From NCBI GenBank assembly GCA_040285855.1, contig JAUFOQ010000016.1, forward strand, positions 1,364,001 through 1,428,000: a DNA stretch of 64,000 bases, written 5' to 3'. Origin of the DNA: Eukaryota sp. GEM-RC1 (Eukaryota). The translations under genes were made by a program, and so were the position numbers. The notes under the pieces are model-generated. The model saw nothing but the letters and a program-made list of their open reading frames with translations, searched no databases and had not been told where the DNA came from. Each line of letters begins with the position of its first letter. Positions within the stretch are counted from its first letter, which is position 1. Shown here piece by piece: positions 35,443 to 48,560 of the stretch.

Positions 35443-36886
35443 CATAGTTTAAGTTGGGAAATACACTTTTTTTATATTTTTCTGTATTTTTTAAATTCGG
35501 TTTTATGTGTTGTTTTAGTATTTTTCTGTAGTCTTTGTATTTTTCCCAGAAACTTCATTTTGACTTTTCAAGTGGTCAAATGCCTCGAATATGCATGTTT
35601 CAGTTATCAGAATAACTAAACAACCTAGAAATCAGTAACATTGAGCTATGAATCTACTTAACAAACACAACATTCATATTATTCTGTGAAACACATTTTT
35701 TATGTACATTACCTTATAAGTAGTTGTACTACAGCAATTGGTGTATTTAGTGTGGATTTTAATTAGTGTGGTCCACACTAATTCTCATTTTCTTGCTATT
35801 TTTTAGTGTTAAGTTTGGACTCAATTAGTGTGGATTTTATTCTTTCAATAATATCAATATCTGAAAATCAGAACAAATCTATATGAAAGCACCAGTCCTA
35901 AACCGATAAACGCTTTTTCTTTTCAACATTCCCTAACATGATACTAGGCTCTGAAATCCTGGCTGCTTTTGATCGATAAAGAGTCAATTTAATAGAGTGC
36001 TATCTGCCTAACAATAATACTCATTTACTACAACTCGAAGATTCTTTTGTCATTTCAAAAATCAAGGCAAAATGGTTTAAAGAATGGAACACCAAGAATA
36101 GACAATTGACTAACAACCTTGATTTTTCTAGATCGGGAAGATTTCAAATCCTGGAAAACAATTCTTTCTTGAATTAGCTGAATAATGTATCATTGACGTC
36201 AATGCAGAAGCAGACATATAATGGTAATTTACATGCTCTCAAAGCCATGATTATCTGTGGTTTGAGCTTGAACACAATCGTTCGTTGGGAAATTGAACAG
36301 TTGAAATCAGAGCTTCAAGAAACTAACAAAAGAATCCCTGATCAATTCAATAACGCAGTTAAGGAGTTGTTGTAATAGTGAAATAGAATTTTCAGATTAC
36401 ATGTAGTAGTAACTTAAAAACACTGTTGTAAGATCTTCTATAGTTTTGCATTGTTTCACGAATGTACACATCACCAACTACAATTATAATAACATCTTTT
36501 TAATTCACACTAATTCTAATTTCTACGAGCTGAAAAAAGTAATGAAAATTAGTATGGTCCACACCAATTATACCAATTGCTATAATCAATTAACATTGTT
36601 TTATAATTGAGACGTGATCCAAAAACGCAATCAACGACACCAAATGTGAGATGATAAAAGTTCCAGATAAACTTTGCAATTTGGTAGACACTCAACGTGA
36701 GTGGTAAAACAGAATGTAGAATCTTATCATGTCTCAGGATTGAGGTCGAATCGAAATTGACATTGATTGGTGATATTAAGCGGTAAATCGAATATTTCGA
36801 CAAATAAAAATTACAAAATACAATTATGCTGGAAATTTGCATTTTTGTGCATTTTATTTTCTGAGGTGGTGTATTTCCCAACTATG
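35443..36886. mobile_element. hAT-like non-autonomous element (family A), interrupted by a pogo element
   Basis: TIR CATAGTT(TAAGTT)GGGAAATACAC / GTGTATTTCCCAACTATG; 8-bp flanks ATTTGAAG / AGTTGAAG. Both arms align with the copy at 45640-46187. Confidence 0.75.
35732..36582 (+). mobile_element. Internally deleted pogo/mariner element
   Basis: TA-flanked TIR CAGCAATTGGTGTATTTAGTGTGGA / TCCACACCAATTATACCAATTGCTA. Residual DDE_1 motif YLPNNNTHLLQLED at ~36001-36045. Confidence 0.75.
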
Positions 36887-37745
36887 AGTTGAAGCATGAT
36901 TCAATCATGAATCTTGAACGAAATGAGGGTATTGCATAAAATTATTAAAATTTTTGATAATACGTTCAGACACTTGTGTTAACATCTAAGTTACTGAATA
37001 CGACGCATTTATGCTCGCACTCTGTTTGTGCGCACTGACTGTGAGTCCGGTCTGGGTGCAATACAAAAGATAAATACTATCATACTAATTGTACATGTAG
37101 TTTTAAGTTTGTACATCAAATACAAGATTTCGTTGTGTTTCAGTTTTTTCTCGATTTTAATGTGGAAATCGACTGAATGAGTTTTATAGAATAGACAGAT
37201 TCTTCCTCTAAACTCAATTGACAGCAACTTCTATCACGATATACGTCACTCATCGAACAATACTAACGGAAAACCTCGTCATTACAAATATGTGTTGGTT
37301 TTAAATACGCCATTACAATACCATCTCGCTACTCGAGGATCTAGTCCGTTTAGAGGGAGTAGTAGTGGATTGGATAAAATTAGACTTGGTAGTCTTGCTA
37401 CTTGATCTAGCTCTGGCTTTGAGCTTGATATGAGTGTGGTTGGTAAATTGATTTTTATTATACTGTACATCTTTTTTTCCACGTGTGTTTTCATTAATGA
37501 CACCTAAAGGCAATAATAATTATGGGCCTCATCCTAGTATGATGGTGCATGTCAGCAAAAGTGAGCCCAGCAAAGGGTAAACGAATACCTACGTGGCTTT
37601 TTCAAGGTAAAAGAGAAAACATCCAATCTAGAACTAAGCGAAAAAGGGTTTCTGAAGAAGTGTGCTATGGGACTCTCCCTGTGGCTTTCGAAAGTCATTG
37701 ATGGCCAGAATTGATGATGGAGCATTTAGCGATTTAAGGCATACA

Positions 37746-38080
37746 TGTAGTTGGGAAATACCCACCTCCGAAAATCAATCACAAAAGTACACAATAATAC
37801 AAATTTGTAACATAATAACATTTTGTACCTTTTTTTGGAGAAGTATTAGAAGTGGAATTGAGTCTTAATGTCAGCCATGGTCAGCTCTAATCCAATCTGA
37901 TGATTCACAATTAGCAAAGTTTAGCTTAAACTGTCATCATCTCAAATTTGGTGTCGTAGTTGCGTATTTTGATCATATTCGACACAAAAACAATATCAAT
38001 TAATCAGACCATCTGTTTGATGGCAAAGGAACTAGGCATAAAAAATTGGGTTTCTTATACGATGACTATGATTGTTGTGT
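37746..38080. mobile_element. Truncated copy of hAT-like family A
   Basis: Begins TAGTTGGGAAATAC; body aligns with 45650-46000 (CATCATCTCAAAT.TGGTGTCGT...TTGCGTATTTTGATC). Confidence 0.7.
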
Positions 38081-38081
38081 C

Positions 38082-38308
38082 TTATTAGTTGCAACAGCCA
38101 TTGATGGTGTAGGCCACACTTTCCCCTTGGCATTTGGAGGGGTGGGCAGAGAAAATTGTGATTCTTGGGCTTAGTTTCTCGGTGAGCTTAGAGAGATATT
38201 TATTCTTTCAAACACCACCATCATCTCTGAGAGACAGATAGAGTTAATAAAAGCTGTCGAAACTGTTTTGCCTTTTACGCCACATGCTTTTGTGTGTACA
38301 GCATCTAC
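38082..38308 (+). mobile_element. MULE (Mutator) transposase relic
   Basis: VATAIDGVGHTFPLAFGGVGRENCDSWA*FL...TIISER..LIKAVETVLP..PH..CVQH; contains a stop and a frameshift. Confidence 0.8.
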
Positions 38309-39114
38309 ACTGTAGAAGATAATGCTAACGGCAAAGGTTCTAATAAGCCCCGTCCTTTCATTTTTGGGATAAGCATTCGTATGAGCACCGTCGGTGTATT
38401 GCAGATGTATTCATTATCGCATTACAAACCGGATTCCAAAATGATGTGATCGATATTATTCTCAAAGTTAGAAAATTTGCAGAAAAACGAGTCAATCACC
38501 CCGAATCAAACAAAATTTAAAGAAAATAGTAATTGTCGACGTGACGGCTGATTTTAGAGCGTCGGGTCACGTCCACGGAGAGAGACAACCATCGAACCCG
38601 TCGACTGCCGTCAAATGAGAAGTCTAATTAATATTACATTTTAATATCATTAGCACAAAGAGATGAAATCAGGTATAGCATTTGATAAGAGCAACTGATC
38701 CAAGTGGCTTATTTGGATAAGAGGAAGTGATTACATATGACATAAACCGAAGTGAACCGCAGGATTCCTAGAATTTCTCGAGGGATCGGAAGAATTCAAC
38801 ATCCATTAAAAAACAACAACTAAAAGCGACAATACAGCAAAACTAATGAATTGAAGAACCCATACTGCGCATCCTTTTAACATAGAAGCTTAAAATATGT
38901 CAGGTTGCAACGATAAGCGTACCTGACATGATCATAACAAGTAATGATACATACAAAAGATGTTCAACAGCAAAGCTTCATCATAACGTTGCTTGATGTA
39001 AACGTTTTGGTTATATAACTTTGTTTTGCTTTGTTGAACGACGTTTCGCTCACTGTGATTCCATCTGTGATCAAAGATTTGGAACCAGCATTTGTTTCTA
39101 CTAATTTCTGTACA

Positions 39115-39639
39115 ATGACCAGGATTACTTCTTCTATTAGTACCGTCTTGCTTGTTCTTTCTTTGGTCATCGTGATTGACGCCAAGTGTGTTGGTGGTTC
39201 TCCATATCTTTGGAGTAACATACGCTGCTTCTGTGATATGCAAAAATATGCCAATAACAATGGATCTCCCCCTGATGCCAAAGCTTACTGGATGGGGTAC
39301 TCTGCTGGCTTCAGTAAAGGTTACTGCAAAGTTTGCAGTCTCTACTTCAACGGCATTGATGATGCAGAAGAAGAACCTCTTTCTACTGACGATGGCACAC
39401 TTGCTGACTTGAGGAATGACAAAATAGTCTTCCCTATTATGCAATGCCTTACCAAATCGTATGATTTCGCTGCCTTCTCTAATACAAGATCTCATTTCAT
39501 GGATTACGCTGGCTGTGTCCAATGGGCCAGGACCAAAACACATGTTTTTGTTAACGACAAGTGGAACATCCGTTATACTGCAAAGTTTAGAGCTTCTCCT
39601 GCTTGTATGTTACTTTATATCTTTTATCTTAGATTGTAA
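39115..39639 (+). CDS. Secreted Cys-containing protein of unknown function
   Basis: MTRITSSISTVLLVLSLVIVIDA signal-like leader; multiple Cys/Trp/Tyr. The 3' end may be frameshifted into 39461-39685. Confidence 0.55.
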   Translation: MTRITSSISTVLLVLSLVIVIDAKCVGGSPYLWSNIRCFCDMQKYANNNGSPPDAKAYWMGYSAGFSKGYCKVCSLYFNGIDDAEEEPLSTDDGTLADLRNDKIVFPIMQCLTKSYDFAAFSNTRSHFMDYAGCVQWARTKTHVFVNDKWNIRYTAKFRASPACMLLYIFYLRL

Positions 39640-39775
39640 CTTGTGCGGTCCCACCGATCCTTGTAATGGTGAGATTCGTGGTTAATTCACTAGCACCCAA
39701 ATTAATTTATTATTCCCCTTATTGCATGTATATAAAGCATCGTAACGTACCATGCATACAAAAGGTTGAACAATA

Positions 39776-39848
39776 CAGTGAACGCTAACACGTAACACGC
39801 GTGTTAACACGTGTTAGATTCAATTTTGCAACGTGTTAGCGTTCACTG
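39776..39848. repeat. 73-bp foldback / mini-MITE
   Basis: 17-bp perfect inverted repeat CAGTGAACGCTAACACG / CGTGTTAGCGTTCACTG with internal AACACG/CGTGTT copies; no clear TSD. Confidence 0.75.
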
Positions 39849-39867
39849 GTCATTTATGGCCTTATGA

Positions 39868-40030
39868 TAAATTACGGAAATTAATTTACGGTTTCAGATT
39901 ATTACGGGAATTAATATACGGCTAAATTTTATTACGGAACTTAATTTACGGTTGTGAATTGTTACAGAAATTAATTTATGGTTTAGTCTCATCGCAAAAT
40001 TAATTTACGGTTCAATTTTTAGACAGCCCT
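39868..40030. repeat. ~30-bp tandem repeat x5, probable solo transposon end
   Basis: ATTACGGAAATTAATTTACGG-type units ending in TTTTTAGACAGCCC, similar to the AACAGCC end at 44836. Confidence 0.65.
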
Positions 40031-40159
40031 GCCCAATACTAATGAAGATAACGGATTACACAATTAGGAACACCAATGAAGTGTTGTCACATTACATTAA
40101 ACAATGGAATTCTGTGTCGGGAAACAAAATAGATAGACTAACAGAGTACTAGATGAGTA

Positions 40160-41160
40160 TGGTACGTTTCTGATTTAATATAAGGAGCAGTAGTATCAAT
40201 GTCAGAAATATAGGTAGGATTACTATGAATAACTACTACTTCTGATAATGGTTGTTTAACAGGAAGCTTATTTCGATCTCTCATAGTCCTAATCTTAACC
40301 ACAACGTCCTGCATTCTAGACACCATTCGTTCAACTTCTAAGTGTTGATCTTGATCTTGAAGCTTAGGGAAAGACAAGAAGTGAACAGAAAGCTCATAAG
40401 TTTCAGTAGTTATACACTTGTTCAGTCGATGATAGATATGTTCAGTCATGAAGCAAGCAAAAGGAGCCATACAGAGATTGAACTGGTACTAAACATGGAA
40501 TAAAGTTTGGAGTGCAGCTACAGAGTCAGCTTCACCCAACAAACCCTTAAGTCTATCTCTGTTCAATCTAACGTACCAATTAGATAGATCTTGAATGAAC
40601 TCCAACATTTTAGGTACAACCAGACTGAGTAGACTCTATAGTTTTCCATTTCAGTCTGGACAACCTCAATTAATGAATTAAGAGAGGAAATGGTCCACTC
40701 ATCAAAAATATTGTCAGAAGCCAAAGCTTTAGTGGTATCAGGAATAAACTTTTCAAACTTTCTTCATAACGATCTACATTTTGTAGTAAAAAGCTAAACG
40801 TGTTGTACCAGGGAATTAACACGTCTCTAAAAATTCCTTCAACTCCGTCTTTTCTAAATCTAAAGCTGTCTCCTCTCATTACTTGAGAATTGATCAAGTA
40901 AAGTCTCAGAGCATTAGCTCCGTGGTCCTCAATTACTAACATAGGATCAGGATAATTCTTTAATCTTTTGGACACCTTTCTTCCATCAGGAGCTAAGATT
41001 AAACCAGTAACTACTAAGTTCTTAAAGGCGGGAGATTCAAAAGAGCGGTAGATAGCACTAACATAGTGTAAAACCATCCACGTGTTTGGTCAAATGCTTC
41101 AGCTACGAAGTCTGCAGGGAAAGAGTTCATGAATGACTCTGGATTAGTAAAAGGACAAAC
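40160..41160 (-). pseudogene. IARS1: Isoleucyl-tRNA synthetase internal fragment (eukaryotic cytosolic type)
   Basis: [72 protein letters not shown]. Only ~1 kb, no HIGH half, several disruptions. Confidence 0.85.
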
Positions 41161-41380
41161 GATATCACTGGAATTCGTCCCAAGTGGCTTTCAATCCCTC
41201 TAGAAAAGTGCAATTAACAAGTAAAGTTATCAGTCTATTGATAAAAGACTGATAAAAATTGATGGGCACAATCTTAGTTCATCAGGAAGAAAAAGTCTTA
41301 AAAGGGATCAGGATAATCAACAAAGAAACTCGGCATTAAGCTATAAATGAAAGTGGTTTGGAAACATAATATTCTAAACT

Positions 41381-44289
41381 CTACCAAAAGGAATATCTCA
41401 ATCGATCACGTGATTTCCTATTAGTACTATCTTGAGTCCGAAAATCAATCGGATTATTACGAAGATTAATCTCTTTAATTGTAAAATTCACTTCTAAAGC
41501 TTCAGTCAATGCCAAAGCTCCTTCATTTCCAATCAAATTTGATTGGAGAAACAAGACAGAAACAGCATTATTAACCTTTAAAGCATCTGCTAAGGCAATG
41601 GCACCTTCATTTCCAATAGAGTTACTCTGTAGATACAGTTTAGAAATAATAGATCCAGACTTTAAAGCTTCAGCCAATGCTGACGCACCTTCATCATTAA
41701 TAGAATTGAATTGTAGACAAATCTCAGTTATTGGATTAACTGTCAGTGCTTGAGCTAATACCAGAACACCCTGATTACTAATAGAATTACGACTTAGATT
41801 AATTCGAGTCAAAATAGAAGAAGAATTGAGCTTAAAATCACCAAACATTTTTAAAATATTACGACAAGACAGCTTACACTGACTGAGCTCTACTGAAGTT
41901 AGATTAGTGCAAGTCGTGAGTAAATCACGTATCCCAGAACTTCCATCATCACAGAAATCACAGCCCTTTAATACTAACATTTTAAAACCAAATCTTTTTA
42001 AAAATGATTGTAAGTGAATTAAATCATTAGAAGAAGGACCCAAGTATCGGTATTTAGGACAATAACTAAACATATTATTATCAATCTTAAGAATTTTAGG
42101 AGTGAAATGAAGGTCAATTAAGTAAGGACTGAAGGAACGAAGCTCAAGTTGGATTAGAACTGAGTGAAGACATTTAGAATTGTATCCATCGTGAGTAACG
42201 TCAACAATAGGAATACCAGACTTTAGGAAATCTAAAAGTAAAATTAAATCCTCCTTTGTGATTCTTTTGTCATATCTAATATCACCAGAGGAAATATTAA
42301 AAGAATGTGGGGAAACGTCAACAGAGGAAATCATGGTGTTTTCATAAAATAATTTAAAAATTCTCAAGAGACCTTGGAAAGTAACATGATTTTGACCAAT
42401 TTTGATATCCGTTAGACTTGAACTGACTGAAAGATCACCAAATATATTTAAAATATTATCGTCAGAAAGCTGACAGAGACTGAGGTCAATGGAAGTCAAG
42501 GAAGTGTTGACCTTGATTAACTCACGTAAACTGGCCACCGACTCCTCAGAAAATCGACATTTTTTGAGAGAAAGTTCAAAAATCCCATGATAATCTAAAA
42601 ATGTCTGTAAAGATGATATTTCATCAGCAGATACATCTTTTAAATGTGCAGGGTTGAAACAAAACATACCATCATCAACGTTAACATGGTTGGGAGAGAA
42701 ATCAACATCAATTACGGATCTGTATACAGTGCAAAGTTCAAAAGCTTCAATCATAATCTTGACAGACGTAAATTCCCATTTCTGGCAGGTGAAACGTTTA
42801 ATAGGGACATTTGATTTCAGGGTATTTAGAAGAAGAACCACATCTTCATTAAACACAAAGCCTGCATAGTTAACAAGACCACATGAAATATTAAAATAAT
42901 GTGGGGAAATGTCGATATGTGTAGTGATTTCAAAAGAGCATAAACTGTCAAAACAAGCAAGTAAAGCAGTTAAATCTAAGTGGGGTAGTACAAGTTTCCT
43001 TAACGTTGAATTCACTTGAAGTGATTGAAACATTTGATTGATTAGTGAAGAGTCCAAGCTATGAGAGTCAAGATTAAAAACAAGTAATCCAGTATTTTCT
43101 TTAAACATTTGCGCTAATAGTTGAGCTTCTAGGTCAGAAAACGGATAATTTGACCTATCATAAATTTCTAGATCAAGCAAGGATTTGTTAGTCAAAAGAG
43201 ATTTAAAAATTGGAGAAAAACAAACATTCCTCCTTGATACAACGAGTTTTTTCAAAATACTATTGAATTTTAAAACTTCGCCAATATCACTGGGTGTATT
43301 TTCTTTTAGATTAGTACTTTGTAATTCTAGCACTTCCAAAGACTTATTGTTCAAAAGGGCGGGGAAAACTTGAGAATCAATATTTGAAAACCAAGCCAAT
43401 TTTAAAGTTTTTAGAGTTGAACAACTCAACAAAGGCAGTATAAAAGTACAATCATCATTTCTATCTAAAAATAGAAAAATAAAATTGAGATGAACAATCT
43501 TAAGTCCAATAGTTTTAGATAGAGCAGTACAAACACGTGATAAGTCGTGATTAGGAACTGAATGATGAGATGAAAGCACTACCTTTGTCAACGTGGTCAT
43601 GTTCAAAAACACGTGTTCAATGTTGTCTAATAGATCTAAAGTCAACTGGGAGAAACTTATATGTAACTCTTGGATTGTAGAATTAGACATGAGAGCTCTA
43701 GCAAAAGGAGTAAAACTGTCATTGGAGGGAATCTCAACATCAAGTTCTATGAGTTGAGGAAGGTAAAAAGAAGAAGTTTGAGTTAACAAGTCTAGAACCT
43801 TCACTGTGGAAGTAGTTGTTTTAAGTTTTGAAATGGCTCGATTAAAGGGAAGAATGGCACTCACATCAATGATAGTTTTCTCATATAGGTGAATTGAACG
43901 TAACTTAGCAAAAAGAAAGAAGCAATGGCGCTGACATTGGGAACTTGAGAAGATGCTACCGAGAAAGTGTTGGTTTCAAAGAATAACTTAGCTCCTATGA
44001 AACTAACTTTGAAGAAATGTTCACTTACAAAGCCAAATCTTTCAAAGAAGTCGTACAAAGGTTGTTTGAAATAGCGATGACTAGAAGTGCAAAGGATGGT
44101 CGAATCTGTGCGGGAGCGTATGAAGCTTCTGAGGGAGTGAGAACTGATCAACACCAATAAAGAGTGTTGAAGAAGAATAGGTATGGGATAGAGTTCATCA
44201 GGAGTGGAACATGTATCAGAGTAGGAGGAGTCATTGTCATTATCTAGATCTGAGGAACGACTCTTCTTTAAGAGAGGTTCAACATTCAT
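41381..44289 (-). CDS. RNI-like leucine-rich repeat protein (frameshift near 43910)
   Basis: 28-aa LRRs such as LYLQSNSIGNEGAIALADALKVN. ORF 43861-44289 joins by adding one T in a T5 run. Confidence 0.85.
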
Positions 44290-44298
44290 TGATTTTAA

Positions 44299-44836
44299 GG
44301 CTGTTAAAAAGTTAAGATAAGATCAGGACATGTCTCGGGTCAGATCAAGATACCTCAGATGCGGTCTTCTCTGCTCAATGTCTGTGCTCTAGTTCAAAAT
44401 CATGATGGATTGGTAGCACAGATCTATTGTTATGTATCAAAATGTTCTACACTAGCTAAATATTCTGGCATGTGTGGATTATAAAATCTTCCAGTGGTGA
44501 GAATGACAAGGTTTACAAGTTGACGATGCTCAAGCTCTTGTCTGTCTGAATGATTGATTAAAATTTGGTTTTGAATTGAAAGATGTATAAAGCAATTGCA
44601 TGTATTTCACTATTTTTGAGTTCAACATAACAACTGAACAGCAACTATAAAACACAACAGTTTTCCCATCGGGGCAAAGGTCAGGTCAAGACATCAAGCA
44701 ACAGGTCAAAGGTCAGGTCAAGATACCTTGTCTCGGGTCAAAAGTCAGGTCAAGACATCAAGCAACAGGTCAAAGGTCAGGTCAAGATAGGGTCAAGACT
44801 TTGACCTGATTTGTGACCTGATTTCTTTGAACAGCC
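44299..44836. mobile_element. TTAA-flanked non-autonomous TIR element (Kolobok/piggyBac-like target) with subterminal repeats
   Basis: TTAA-GGCTGTT ... AACAGCC-TTAA; internal AGGTCAGGTCAAGA repeats at 44677-44800 with related motifs near the left end. Confidence 0.65.
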
Positions 44837-45358
44837 TTAATTGAATTGGTTTTAATCACAACAATTCGACTTTAGGATATATAAATACAGTTTGTATTAA
44901 TCACAGTTGCAAAATACAAAATACAGTATTTTTTAGTATTCTGTATTTTTTCTGCATCATGTATTGTATTTTTTCTGGACAAGTGTGTTTGTATTTGTAT
45001 TTTTTTGTGTTTTCTTACCAGCCCTAAAATCCCTTTACTTGATGAAAATGACTGAAGTATATGGGAGAAACACTCCACAACGGATCTTGCTGATCCATTA
45101 TACAATTGTTTGGTACAATTGGTCTATGTGTTATTTTAGAAATACTAGTCCAATTGCCTGCTGAATTTTCTAAACGTTCCAGTACAGTAAGTCAACGGCG
45201 TATGCTAGATGACTTAAGAGTGAAACACCGGTCAAAGTCAAGTAACAAAAATTTAGAAACGCTTAATAATGTTCGTCCAAAGAAATGAAAAATACCAAAC
45301 CATGTGAAGTTGTGCAATCGAGCTTCACTAATGTTAGTCAGTGATGAAGATTCAAAAC

Positions 45359-46592
45359 CATACCTGTTGATAACAAAAACAATGTGATAACATGTGTTTA
45401 GCGATAACATGTTATAACAAGCATGAAATATCTTGTGATAACATTTGGTCTTTATATGGTAAAATTAAACAAAATTAATTACAACCAATAACTACATGCA
45501 GTACAGTACATTCGGGTTTGTATTTAGTGTAGGATTACTCCAAGATGTAGGTTGCTAGTTAACGCAAAATCATCATTCACAACTGGAAAGAGACTGTTGA
45601 CCTCCACACAACACAAAAAGTATTTCTCAATGATAAAAACGTTAAAAATGGACAAAAATACATCAGAATACAAATTTGTAATAATAATATTTTGTAACTT
45701 TCATTTGTTCAAACATTAAGATTACCGCTTAATATCACCAAGCAATGTCAACTTCGATTAGCTCTCAATCCTGAGACATGATTAGATTCTACATTCTGAT
45801 TTACCAATAACATTGATTGTTTACCATTTGCAAAGTGGATCTGGAACTTTCATCATCTCAAATCTGGTGTCGTTGATTGCGTATTTTGATCTTGTGTCAA
45901 ATATAAACCAATCCCAATTAATTAGTCCATCTGTTTGACGACCAAATCAAAGGTACTGGCCATAAAATGAGTTTCACAGAAGATGACTATGAATGTTGTG
46001 TTTGTTGAGTAGATTCATAGCTTAATGTTACTGATTTATGGGTTTACTTGTTATTATGAAACATGACTATTCGAGGCATATGACCACTTGAATAGATAAA
46101 ATGAGGTTTCTGGAAAAATAGCAAAACAACCTTTAAACCGAATTTAAAAATACAGAAAAATACAACAAAGTGTATTTCCCAACTATGTCTCAAAACCTGA
46201 ACATTAAAAGCTGAAGACGAAGACAGAAACCGAAGGAAAATCTGATGACGCTGTTGTTGTCTATCAGGATTCGGAGGGATTGGTTGAAGAGATTGATTTT
46301 GAATGGCCAATTGATCACAGATCGCCCCTATGCGCAGAACATTAGAGAAAAACAGAATACAGGCTTCAATGACCACCACTGATGAATTGCTAATAGTAGT
46401 TTTGTTTTTGTGTGTAGTTGTGGGTGAGTTTTGACATCGTCAAAGTGCTTAATAGCCGTATTAGTATTTCATAAACGGTTATCACAAATACCCTTTGTTA
46501 TAACACGTGATAGTATGTTATCACATTTTGTTATTGTGATTATGTGATAACATGTGATCACAAACGGTAGTTGGTTGTTATCAACAAGTATG
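45359..46592. mobile_element. hAT-like element (family C), middle layer
   Basis: TIR CATACCTGTTGATAACAA / TTGTTATCAACAAGTATG with perfect 8-bp TSD TTCAAAAC; GTGATAAC subterminal motifs. Confidence 0.85.
45640..46187. mobile_element. hAT-like family A copy, inner layer (one end lost)
   Basis: Ends GTGTATTTCCCAACTATG; reverse complement aligns with 35455-35700 plus 36590-36860. Confidence 0.75.
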
Positions 46593-48018
46593 TTCAAAAC
46601 CCTGATGAGACGAGCTACAGGACACTCAGTTTGATCCTGTTTTGAAGATGTACGGGTAGACTTTGGGGACTATGATTTCGAGTTTATACATTTTTACCTA
46701 TAAGCGGTAAATTAAGACGATTTACAACTAATGGACGAGACAAAAAGTGTCCAAAGTCACATTGTATAACTGTAAAACTCCAGGTCAGTTCTTTCCGTGG
46801 ACCAAATGAACATTTGATCCCTCGGTGCATTTTAGAATCGAAAGAACAATTGGGTTGATAAATGAAAAGAAGTCTAAGAATCCGTACCGAAGAGGTGAAC
46901 TATGATAACCCTGAAGATCAATCACGCTTGTAGTCGTTGGACTCAATACACTTAGTTTAATACTTTCAATTACAAGAAAAAATTACACTTAATACAGTAT
47001 TCTGTATCTGTATTGTATTTTTGCATTCTGTATTGTATTATTTTTATGTCCGTGTATTTTGCAACTATGGTATTGGGTTTCTATTAACTTCAATAAAATC
47101 TCTCTTAACCATGTATTCACACCATAGATTTAAGTTGGATTCCTGCAACTATCGATGAAGTTGAAAGACCATTCTGCGATGCCAAATCAACTTGAAGTGT
47201 TCATATCTGAGCTCAAAAGCTTTAAAAAAAGCAACTGTTCTTGTATTCCAATACTGATCTGTGAGATCAATTACTAGTACCTACCTACATGTACTCAGAA
47301 AGTGTTAAAAAAGTATGCTAATATCGAATCCCAATCATGTGAGGCTTGAGTTCATAATTTTGACGAAATCAATCAAACAATAAGATATATTTACATTGCT
47401 AATTCAAAGTCACTCCATATCAATCAGGATGTTTTCCTGTAAGTCCCTGAAAAGCGGAGTACATTTGGGTGATGATCCATTCTTGCTGAATAGTGATGAC
47501 GTGTAGTTTGGCTTTGTGATCCTTGTTACTATTAATAAGCATTTCTTCTCTTTCGTACCTTAGAAAGGCAACACTGAACACCCGACTTGAGTAATAATAT
47601 AAACATTTAAATAACGACAATAAATTATTGGAAAAATAGTACTTTTTCCTCAGAGAATGGCAATTATTGATTATTGATTTTGTTGGTCGAAATACTGCAA
47701 TCATTTATTGTTGATCTGGAAATTATTTAAGTTACTGTTACTAATCTGTGTGTAGTTTGTTCAACCATTAGTTTAATTGCTGATTCATCATAAATATAGA
47801 TGCATTTTATTCATTAGTGCATATAGTGAAGTGAACAGTGAAATCCCTGTTAGGTCCCCTTTATCTCCTCTACTTCATCAATGAAGAAAGTTGTCTTGTT
47901 CTACTATAGGAGAATTGAACCACAACCTTCAGATCTTCTAGCGGATAAAGTCTCATACGCATGTCAGAGAAGTCAGTGTATCTATCCTTAAGAACAAAGG
48001 ATTGTTTTCTTTACAGAA

Positions 48019-48560
48019 ATGTCTAAAGGGACCGTCACTAGATCCCAATCTAAACAATCTAAGGATCTTCTTATTGACAAATCCTCCCTTACATCGACAA
48101 TTCTTTCTGTTGCTTCCACCTTGTTTAGTGACAATAATAATGATAACACAGATTCCTCTCATGAAAATAAAGGCGTCTGTAGGTGTACTATTTGTAAACA
48201 ACCTGGACATAACAAGAGAAGGTGTGTCTTCCAGAAGAAGCCTCTTGGACAGGATCTAAGAGATGCTGTGTCTGAAGTAGAACAGCTAGCCGAATCTTTG
48301 AATCATGATGGTGTTTCTTCTGAAGACAATGGACATGAACCTCTTTCCGATCCACACCCAAGACTTGACTTGTTAATCTTGTCACACCGTCCTTGCGGAA
48401 TCTTCTTCATCACTACTCAACGATGATGCCCCTCTTTGCTTTTGTTCTGAAGCTTCTCTATGGATACAAGTCAAAAGACAGTCCAGGTTAAACCGTTCTA
48501 CTGTCCGAAATACCATCGGAATACCAAACTTCATTGCATTAAGATCCCCGGAAGTAAAAA
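48019..48560 (+). CDS. Small zinc-knuckle protein, possibly with a GRF-like finger after a frameshift; probably transposon-derived
   Basis: CTICKQPGHNKRRC; downstream frames give PLCFC and YCPKY..LHC. Confidence 0.4.

Larger units (their letters stand above)
44902..47069. mobile_element. hAT-like element (family B), outer layer of a nest
   Basis: TIR CACAGTTGCAAAATACA / GTATTTTGCAACTATG; TGTATT-rich subtermini; flanks GTATTAAT / GTATTGGG. Confidence 0.6.
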
